The notes under the pieces were generated by a model. It made no database searches. It saw only the letters and a program-made list of their open reading frames with translations, and was not told the origin of the DNA. The position numbers and the translations under genes were made by a program. From Guillardia theta CCMP2712 (taxonomy: Eukaryota > Protista > Cryptophyta): 64,000 nt of DNA. Positions 48,030 to 64,000 of the stretch are shown in pieces. The stretch covers positions 535,319 through 599,318 of the forward strand of contig NW_005434657.1 in the NCBI RefSeq assembly GCF_000315625.1. Reading direction: 5' to 3'. The number at the start of each line of letters is the position of its first letter. Position 1 is the first letter of the stretch.

Positions 48030-51000
48030 GGTTTTCTCCTAAACTCTTCCTCTCTCCCTCCCTTCTGTTGATTCCGAGAGCCTCGGCTCCAACTGCCGCA
48101 TCGCGCAGCTTTGTCACCTTCTGGGCAGGAGCTGAGAATGGAAGTGATCAAGATAGGAGAGCGCATCAACAGCATCGAAGGTCATCGACAGGCCTCTGCT
48201 GTCTGAGTCTTATCTCAACTTCTAGGACAACTTGACGACACCGGGCGAGAAGAGCTGAAGCGAACAGTACATGACCTGGAGGTCCAGGTGACGGGATTGT
48301 TGCAGAGAGAGTCTGGGATGACAAGTTGGGAAAGGTCAAGGATGCAGAGAGTGAAGCGCAGGCGAGGTCCGATCAGCAACAGAAGAGCATCGAAAAACTC
48401 AAGAAGGTAACGATTTGCCAAGTTTGAGGAAGGAGGAGGGGAGGAGGGGAGGAATATCGTAGAGAATTTAACGTGCGGGTCAAACTATTAGATGCATAAT
48501 GAGTTCCAATCAAACATGGAAGCTCAACTTTCCAAGATCGCATCGGAGGAGAAGGTACCTGGGCTTCAGCACTGTTCCTCCTAACTCATGCAGGCTACTG
48601 AAGTACAACTCCGGGAAGTTGAAACAGAGATGGAGAAAGTATGTTCCTTTCTCCCCTCCTCTGCTATCTCATGCTTCATTCGACCTTCCCCCTCTCTTCC
48701 CACCTCCTCCTCTCCTCCTCTCCTCCTCTCCTCCTCTCCTTCTCTCCTCCTCTCCTCCTCTCTTTCTCTCCTTCTCTCCTCTGCTTCGTTCGTTCCCACC
48801 TCCCTCCATGCTTGCTTGTTCCTCGCTCTCAAGCAGCTTCAAGGTCGCAAAGGAACTGGATGAGCTGCAGCTGCAGCACGCGCGGGTAGCTGCTCGTCTC
48901 ACCGTCTCACCGCCATCACCAACATGCTTGCAGGCAAACAACAAGACGAGCGAGCTAGCGGAGAGCATGCGAGAGATGCGAGACAAGTGAGGGAGGGAGG
49001 CAGGAGAGAGGAGACTTTGACGTCACGTCAGACTGGAGCAGCAGCAGCGGGAGGAGGCGGAGCTCGATCAATCGGTTCGCCTCCTGTCAAGACCCTCTGA
49101 TGATGACGTCGAGATGGATGCAGATGAAGGAGAGGAAGACGGAGAGCCAGCGAGATATCGAGGACCTCTCTCGTGATCCTCCTCCTTTGCCACTGCTCCG
49201 ACTCACGTCCCAACCACCAGGAAGGCTAAAATCATCGGAGGAAGAGCTTGCTCTGCTCAAGGTTTGCTACAACTACTTCTCCTCCATCTCCCATTCCCCG
49301 CTCCCGCCCCCTGCTGTTCTTCCCTGCTGACCATCTCTGCTAGCTGGAAGAGCAGAAGAACACTGCCAAGAAACGACAATCAGAGCAGACTTTGCTACAT
49401 CTCAAGGGACAGGTGGCTGGGTTGAGAAAGCGCGAGCCATTGAATTGAGCGAGGCTGGCAGATTCTTGCCATCACCCGCTACTTCGAGAAAGCTGTCAAC
49501 TCATCGCAAACGATTGAGACTGATGTGAAGCTCCTCTCCTCCCGCTCCCTCCCTCCCTCCCTCCCTCCCTCCCTATCTACCTACCTACCTCCCTCCCTCC
49601 CTCCCTACCTCCCTCCCTCTCCCCCTCTCTCCTCTTGTTCTTCTGCTTTTTCTACATGTTCTTTTGTCGCTCCGTTCGATACTTCTCTTCTCTTCTCGAT
49701 TTGTGACGAAATTTGACGAGTTGTGCTCACTTTCACATACATGCGCATCAGAGAATGCCTTCAGTGATGGGGAGCTGCAGGTTGAGAGGCTGAAGCAAAA
49801 CATCACCGTGTTGGAATCAAAAGCGCGTGACATGTACCAGCAGGTCCATCCTGCCCATTGAATGCTTTCAAGTCCACAATCTTATTCCTTTGCAGTCAAG
49901 TCGGATCCAGCGGTTGGAGCAGGACAAGCTCAAGTTGTCTGCGATGTTGACAGATGCTGTGATACCTGTTGATGAGATTCGACTCGTTTGACAAGGATGT
50001 TCGATAGCAAACGACGCATGATCACTTGAACGACGAGTTTGTGCAAATCAAGGTAACGAGAGGACTTCTGAGGGCACCAGCCTGTCGTTGACATGCATCC
50101 AAGACTCGGCTGAACGAATCAGACTCGAAGCTGCTGGTAGAGTTGCGCTCCCTCTTGATACCTCGCTGATCGACACGTTGAAAGGAAGTTGAAAGGAACA
50201 AAACCAAGGAACTAGCGCAGCTAAACGACACAAAGGTGACAAACTCCCGTGCTGACCTTGATCGTTGACTTGCCTCCCCGAAGGCCCTCTTGACCCTGAA
50301 GAGACAAAACGTGACGTGGCTGTCGGGCAATGTGCGCGGGCAAGCAGGAGGAGAAGAACAGGATGGTGAGAAGTTGCTGCAGGTGTCGCTGAAGATCGAG
50401 GAGCTGCAAGAGAAGAAGTACCTGCTCGACTCGATCAACTCCGAGCACGACAGTCTCCATCAGAAGATCATGGAGGTTCGGAAGTGACGAGCTGACGTGG
50501 ATGGGATGATGATTGTTGTCTCTGTCAGGTGCAAAAGCAGAATGCGCAGATGACAGAGAAGGCGAGCAAGGGCGAGGTGAGAGGCAGCAGAGGGAGGGAG
50601 GTGGGGGGAGACAGCACAGGGGAGGAAGAAGGGGAGAAGTCGGGGGAGGGGGAGGGAGCATGGGGGGGAGGGGGGTTCACCACCCCCAGGGTTTGATGGT
50701 ACCATGTTCGTGCCAACATGAATTCGGTGCAAGCAGTCAGGATCAGTACATGCTTCTTCCCATGTTGGGCTGGGCACCTGCTCGAGTGGTCAACTTCGTG
50801 ACATGCAAGCATCGCATCATCAACGCACCGACGCCTGCTGTATACGCTCCTGTCACTCCTCTTCCCTGCCAGGGTCGTCAGCTGACCGCTTCCCCGTACC
50901 CACCCGTTCAATCTCTCTGCCACACTCTCCATCCCCTCTCCATGACCAAACTTGGTACCGGCAGCCCAGCTCGCGCAAGGTTTGCTTGTGTCATACGATT

Positions 51001-53459
51001 CTGCACAAAACGTCAATCAGAGAGGAGGAACTCCGAGACTAGATCTTAACCGGGTCTATTCCAGAGCCCGGCAGGGTACCAGCAGGACCTGCTTCGGTTC
51101 GGATGCCCANNNNNNNNNNNNNNNNNNNNNNNNNNNNNNNNNNNNNNNNNNNNNNNNNNNNNNNNNNNNNNNNNNNNNNNNNNNNNNNNNNNNNNNNNNN
51201 NNNNNNNNNGCTCCTCTTCCTCCATCAATCCTGCAATCTCCTCACCTCAACATCCCTGAAATCGTCTTCCTCCTTTTATTCCCTCCATCTTAACTTTCTC
51301 CCTAGGAATCTCTCTGCAAGGACCTCGCAGGCCAGTTGTCGAGCGTGTGGGATCAAACGGAGGAGGTCAGCCTGTCCCAACCTCCCTCCTCCCTCCTCCC
51401 TCCTCCTTCCTCCGTCTTCCCTCCTCCCTCCTCCCTTGTCTTACAGTCTTCTCAGCTCAACGCCACGATCATCAGGGAGCAGCAGCGTGGAGACAGACGG
51501 GTACTTTGTCGTGCCCAGCTGTGGTTTAGCTGAAACAATTGGAAGGTGCAAGAGATCAAAGACAGGATCCGCCTACAGGAGGAATATGTCCATGAACATG
51601 CTGTAAGTTATTGCATCCTATCCTGTCCTCTCCTCTGCTGCCCTCTCCTCTCCTCTCCTCTCCTCTCCTCTCCTCTCCTCTCCTTCCTCTCCTCTCCTCC
51701 CCTCCCCTCTCCTCTCCTCCCTCTAATCCCCTCACTCCTCTCTCCTTTCTGTCTTACCTCCATTTCTCTCTACTCTCCCCTCCCGTCCAATACTCTCCTT
51801 TGTTCTGTTCGCTTCTCGTTTCCTCTTTCTAATCCTCTTGGAAGCATTCCTTTGCAAGGCTTGATGCCGACAGCACAAGGTTGAAGAGAGAGCTGGACAG
51901 CGCGACGATGGAGGTAACGGAGGAGGAGGAGGAGGAGGAGGAGGAGGAGGAGGAGGAGGAGGAGGAGGGAGGGAGGAACACTCATCATTCTCGCAGCTGG
52001 AGTTTGGGGATCAGCAGCTGCAGGTTGAGCTGAAGAAGAAGGAAGAGCTGGACAACGAGAGGCAGCAGGTGAGGACGTCCCCTCGTTCCCTGCCTCCTCT
52101 CATCGTTGATCCCACAGGCGCTCAATCGCGCCATCGCGCTGGGTCGTTCAGCCGAGCAAGGGAGAGACGTGCTGCTGCAGGTGAGGGTGTAGGAGAGTGC
52201 TCTCAGCGGCTGACCCGTCGGTCAAAGATCCAGGAGGCGCTCAAGATGGAGCAGGAGGTGCTGGAGACCGTGAAGAAGGTGACGAGGGGGCGCCTTGACG
52301 AGCGATGGGTCTGACTTGCCGTCAGGACCTGGAGAAGGCGAGGCTGAAGACTTCAAGGGCCCAGAGGAGCCTGCAGGAGTTCGAGCAGAGGCGAGAGCAC
52401 CTTGACTTCATGGTCCACCGCGCGGAGCTCGAGAGGGACCAGGTCGAGGAGCTGGCTGCTGTTTCAGCGGATGATGGTGATGGTGATGGTGATGGTGATG
52501 GTGTGTAGACGAAAGACAAGTTCGAGTCGATCAAATACGTGGAGACGTGCCAACTGGTGGCAAACCTGACGCTGCACCTGAAGCAATCGGAAGAGAAGGC
52601 TCAGAAGTGACGCTTATGACCTGTCATGCCGCGCGTGTGACATGGTTGGCAGGCTGGCAGACGAGCTCGAGGAGTTGCAGGTCAAGTACGACAGGGAGAA
52701 GAATGACTTCGACATGTCAGAACTCGCAACAGGAGCTCCTGTTGCTCCTCCTCAAGTTTGACGGCATGCAGGCACAAGGAGGAAAACCGCAAGGTTTCGA
52801 AAGAAAACCAGAACTTAGACGATGAGATTGAGGTGAAGGCGAACCCTTGTGCTCCCCTTGTTGACCCTCCCTCGCATGGCAGAGATATCAATCGGAGGCC
52901 AACAAGCTCGACTCGCAATCTAGCTTCCTCCTACAGCAGCTCGAGAGCATGTCCAAGGTGCCTCCGCTGGCCGCTGTTGTGCCATCGCTCGTGACTGCCG
53001 AGTCAGGAGGAGGTTGAACTTCACTCCAAGTTGAGCGCCATGGACAAGAAACTAGCGCACCTCGACGCCAAGAATGGCTACCTCGAGTCAGAGGCGGGCC
53101 TGCTGCGCAAGGAAGTGACGCAGCTGGAAGAGCAGAAGCACAAGAACAGGTGGAGGGATCTTGTGCTTGGCTCCGCTCATTCCTTGCGCGCGCAGCTCCA
53201 GTGACGCCGCGGCGGCTGAAGAGAGCAGAGCGAGTGACAAGCCAGCGCCCTCGTTGTTCCCCTTCGAGATCCCAGGTGCTCCCTCCCCCCCTCATCCACC
53301 TTCCTCACTCACTCACCTTCACCAGATGTACTCAAGCTCGAGACGCTCGACAATCAAGTATGGGATGCTTCTGCTGTCCTCGGCAACTTGACGGCTTCGA
53401 TGCCCTTCCCGCCATCCATCCCTCTGCTGGACCTTGAGATGCCTGACCTCGAAGTTTGA
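44202..53459 (+). CDS. TPR-like segment + two CBM20 starch-binding domains + very long coiled coil (spans assembly gap; may be more than one gene)
   Basis: TPR-like: EKALQTYNRAIAEDP. CBM20 #1: VLIKFRIKT..VGECVYIAG-NHAKLGGWDPEKG...LWEG...YKYV...WED. CBM20 #2: VSFQIQ-VETQFGDEVYICGSCPELGSW..ALSRKLMT..IYPVWFTDIQFP..IKYKYLI..WMWEE..DR. Coiled-coil exons 46750-53230. Ends LLDLEMPDLEV*. Confidence 0.72.
47976..48028 (+). repeat. (CAT)n microsatellite, intronic
   Basis: About 17 perfect CAT units. Confidence 0.95.
51110..51209. other. Assembly gap (100 N)
   Basis: Run of n. Confidence 1.
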
Positions 53460-53577
53460 TCCTACTGACTCATGTTATAACTTAAACTCTCCGAATCTAG
53501 CATCTCAGCCTACTGACTCATGTTATAACTTCAACTATCAGTCACAAGGGATTATCTATAGGAAAGTGTCTGACAGA

Positions 53578-55685
53578 TGCCGGACACGAGCATCATGTCT
53601 TGTCCGGCAGGGAGGGCAAAGTTGAGTAAATATTTTGTCCTGCATCTTCAATGAATGACAAATAATACCTTTGGAAAGCAGGGCACGATTTTACTAGGGT
53701 ACTTGAACTGTTTAGTAGGGGTAGCACAAAAATTATGCTACTTATTAAACTTCTTATATAACACATGCCGGACAATCCAATTAGTGCATTAGTTTTACTC
53801 AACTTTGGAACCTCTAATTGCTCCTACCCCCTTGCCCTGCACTGTCCGATCTTATAGAAATGTGTGGCCCCACCACCCCACCCCCTTCCACAAACAGCTT
53901 CGCGCCATTCATGGCTTCTTCACACACATGCTTGTTTGGCAATCAATGCAAGGTACATGATGAAAGCATTCGATTGTATCAATGCTGAAGATGCAAGCCT
54001 GATGTGCCATCATCTTTGCGTGAATGAATATGTTGATTCGGAAGGATACACCAGCTGTGAGTGTGAGCAACGTGGGAAAACAGCCATTCCATCAATTCCT
54101 CAAGATGCACTTGCTTGCAAGAAGTCATGTAGAAGGATCTAATCATGGCACAGAGTGGATGATGATGATGATGATGTGATTTTGATGATGCTGAGGAGGA
54201 GGTGGTGGTGGAGCACGAGCTGGAGCACATGCAACAGGACGAGGACGAGGAGAAGAAGAGCAAGATGTAAGGGGACAGATAGAATCAGTAAGTGGAATCT
54301 GTAAGAGATTGGATGGGAAAGAGATTGGATCTGTAAGAGATTGGTCAACCCGAAGACCTCCTCTTGGAGTTCTGTAAGCCAACTGATTACTTTGCTGTGT
54401 GAGAAGAGAGCATGTTGCTTGTCAGCTTCGGAGTTGAGCACGAAATCGCAGTCCAACCCCTGAGAAGATCAAGAGTTGCTGGCAAGACGGGGGTTGGTTT
54501 CTTTGTACATGAGGAAATGCTCGCACCAGCAAATATCTTCGTTGCTGATAATGAAGCGAAAAAGCTACTTGAAGTTTCAGTCAAACATGTCTCTAAGGTC
54601 TGGCGTCAGGCATGTTTACAGAAGGAACAACCACTCAAAGACTTTCGGTGGAAGATTGATACAACCATATATTGGAGTCCTACAAAGGTCTTCATAGATG
54701 AGGCGGCAGATGGTGTCACGAAACTCAGCTCGGGAAAGGATGCAAATCCGTTGACGGAAGAGAATTACATATGCATCTGCATAGGCATAAGAAGATAGGA
54801 TCGTGGGCAGCCTGACATATGTCACATTGAGTTGGGATGTCATCTGTAGATCCGTGAATACGGTTCAGATCCTGCTGCATGCAACACATCTGATGGCAAG
54901 ATGATCATATGTTCGTTGGTGTTCCGAGCCTGGAGGATTTGAAACGCAACATTGCAGAAAACAACGATTCAGTCGCAGGCATGCTGAAGGAGATTCCGGA
55001 GATAGGGCAACATGCGACAGAACACCAGGAACAGGAAGAGGAACCTGACCTCGGAGACGTAAAAGCTGGCGCACTGCTGAATCGAAGCACTGTACAGTGT
55101 GTCAATGGCGATCGAGCTGGCGTTATTCACACTGTGACTCAGACTGCTCAAGCTGATCTGAAAACGATTCGAATTTCTGGTGAAGCGAAATGTTTCAACA
55201 GTGCATGGAATCTGTATCACTCTGGCAAACATGCCAAAGGGATACCTCCTTCGGAGAAACTGCAACGAGCAAATTTTAACAGAGCATGAAGCAAATGGTT
55301 TGCAGGCATAGCTTATCTCATGAAGTGCTTTGACCAATTCATCCGGCGAAGTGTAATGGAACTGAATTCCTTCTTTTTTATAGTCGGTGAGAATCTTTGA
55401 TGTTTTAAGGCCGAGATGAAACATTCAAGAAATATCCAAAGGATTTCATCTCGTGGCTCAATCAGAGAGAAGGGGCAGAGAGCTCAAGTGATAGGAGTGG
55501 GCAGTTTGCACAGGCAACGTACTTCAAGAAAATGCGAAAGAAAGAAGCAACGCGACTAGATGAGATCAGGTGGTCGTTCGAAATGCGAATGATAACGAGA
55601 CTGATGGCTTAGATTTTGCCTGTAATTGGATGGTTTAAGGTTTGCAAAACATATACGAAAGCTACATTCGGAAACGAGTGATATC
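53578..55685 (+). mobile_element. Decayed transposon-like element, possibly Crypton-related (NDC10/GCR1_C-type), pseudogenised
   Basis: Intron-poor ORF fragments broken by stops. FNSAWNLYHSGKHAKGIPPSEKL resembles the WxxWxxG...IPP motif of GCR1_C-type Crypton C-termini. Short inverted repeats at the left edge; abuts an assembly gap. Confidence 0.3.
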
Positions 55686-55930
55686 NNNNNNNNNNNNNNN
55701 NNNNNNNNNNNNNNNNNNNNNNNNNNNNNNNNNNNNNNNNNNNNNNNNNNNNNNNNNNNNNNNNNNNNNNNNNNNNNNNNNNNNNNNNNNNNNNNNNNNN
55801 NNNNNNNNNNNNNNNNNNNNNNNNNNNNNNNNNNNNNNNNNNNNNNNNNNNNNNNNNNNNNNNNNNNNNNNNNNNNNNNNNNNNNNNNNNNNNNNNNNNN
55901 NNNNNNNNNNNNNNNNNNNNNNNNNNNNNN
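55686..55930. other. Assembly gap (245 N)
   Basis: Run of n. Confidence 1.
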
Positions 55931-56529
55931 CTCTCAAAAAACTACAAAAGTGTATATATTTGTCCGGACTATATCTTACACCTCTAATTATACATTGTTT
56001 ATACCAGCTTATACTTGTTATACATTTCAAGGGTCAACCCTGTCCTTTCACTCATTACCCCCACCCTCACCTGCTCTATTTGACTACCCTACCTGACTAT
56101 TTAATCTTGACCACCCCTACCCTCATTTACTCTGATGATGACCCTTTCAAAGTCATATCATTCTTTCTCACACTACCCCCTACCACTACCCAGATTAACC
56201 CCACCCTGTCGGGGTGTGCACGAAAATGCAGAAATGATCACCTGACCAGTATCAGATGCTAGCGGCATGAAAGATCAATGCTCGAGCTTGTCTCTTTCCT
56301 CCGATCCTTTTTCTTCTCTGATGTTCCCTACTTGCTTGTGCTTGATCCGCTTTGTTCTTCGCTGGTATCCTTTCAACTGCCTCATCTCCTCCGCTATGCT
56401 ATCCTTTCCTATTCAATCTTTCCTGTTGCTATTTCCTCTTTCTCAGCTCTTTCGCAGCTTCCCTCTCATCTCTTTCGCAGCTCTCCCGAAAATGTGCTTA
56501 GCTCCCCTCCTCGGTCGACTTCAATCCAA

Positions 56530-56627
56530 CCTCATCTCATCTCATCTCATCTCATCTCATCTCCTCTCCTCTCCTCTCTTATCATCTCATCTCATCTCAT
56601 CTCATCCCATCTCATCTCATCTCATCT
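56530..56627 (+). repeat. (CTCAT)n pentamer microsatellite
   Basis: ctcatctcatctcat... with ctcct variants. Confidence 0.9.
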
Positions 56628-57677
56628 GTTCATGTCTCGTTACTTATATCGCCTTTCTCCTCGTCTATGGTCTCCACTCGAATCTAACATTTTGATTGAT
56701 ATTTCTTGCCACCATAACTCCCAAGATTGCTTTTGATTTTCTTCTCTCTCACTGACTCACTGACTTGCTTGCTTGCAATGTTTTCCCACGTTTGCTCAAT
56801 CTTCCTTGTGTTGTTCTCTTCCCCTCCATACGCAGCCGTATTCCTCCCGTTCTTATGCCTGGGACTATGATTACATTATCCATATTGCTACAACGTATGC
56901 TTGCAATGCTACTTTGTCTGGACGGACATCGCGAAACTAATTCGCGAAACTAATTCAATGCTCGTCTGGCTGTGAGGTGACATGTTGTTCCTCAGCATGT
57001 TGCCCTTGTATTCTCTTGGATCATCTGCGATGCTCATGGGCGGAAGGTTATCTTTATTCGGGAGTGGATGATGTGAAGTGATCGATCCTCCCAGGCCTCA
57101 GGTCCTGACCTCTGGTCCTCCCAGCCTCGCCGGACACATCATCTTCATGGTATCCTCGCAAGCTGCCATGCTATGCAGACTCCTCACGTTGCGCCTTGGT
57201 AGAACGGTCAGCCCTTTATGCTGGAGGAGTGCTCGGGCTCGGATGTCTACTGTAAAGCGTCGAAAGCTTCTTATCTCCTGCTGAAAATGTTGCTGCCAGG
57301 CAACGCTTTGATCGGTTACGAGCCTCTTTCCGAGGGAGCCGATGGCCCTCACAAGTAAAGAGACGTCTGGCTCGGACGTGGCTGGGCTGACGTGGACGGC
57401 AGGTGGAAGACTCCCTATGACGTCGATCCTAGCTCCGTGAGTGCTCGTGATTGGGTGGTTGACCATGTGACCGTCCTATGCAGGTGGAACCCTGGCTTTT
57501 CAATATCGGCGGCGGAATCTACTAAACTCCACGTCTTGTGTATTAAGCTCATTTAAAAAGTCACGAACGGCGCAATTTTCAGCATTTACACATCTTGGCA
57601 TAAACGATTGATGTTGCATGACTGATGCATAATTCACCTTAGCAATCCATTGTTTTTCTGTATCTTCATCCATGACT

Positions 57678-64000
<6,323 letters not shown>

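Noticed and set aside
53461-53531. Repeat-spacer-repeat resembling a mini-CRISPR
   Set aside because: Only two copies, no leader or cas genes, and it sits in a 3' UTR.
55626-56262. ORFs spanning the N run
   Set aside because: Artefacts of the assembly gap.
57098-57466. 122-aa minus-strand ORF downstream of RPB1
   Set aside because: No recognisable motif or supporting exon structure, so it cannot be supported as a gene from sequence alone.

Overview
Intron-dense eukaryotic nuclear DNA: introns are mostly about 45-60 nt and often filled with GA/CT microsatellites. The style (short introns, several RWP-RK paralogues, a signal peptide followed by RLRGG) suggests a cryptophyte alga such as Guillardia, but that is inference. 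Genes read by hand-splicing are: the 3' part of a TPR/Mlp1-like nucleoporin; a hypothetical protein; a secreted LRR protein; an FHA/coiled-coil/WD40 protein; COMMD4; an intronless J-domain + DGQHR (ParB/Srx-like) + SH3/KOW-like protein; a Gln/Pro/Ala-rich hypothetical protein; three RWP-RK paralogues; a PH-PDZ-UIM-U-box E3 ligase; a PPR protein; an alpha/beta hydrolase; a hypothetical membrane protein; a TPR + 2xCBM20 + long coiled-coil protein; a decayed, possibly Crypton-like element; and the 3' part of RPB1 with 29 CTD heptads. There are two assembly gaps (51110-51209, 55686-55930). The best candidate for an undescribed system is the intronless J-domain/DGQHR fusion at 19787-21604. Exon boundaries were read by eye and are approximate unless stated. 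No database searches were run.
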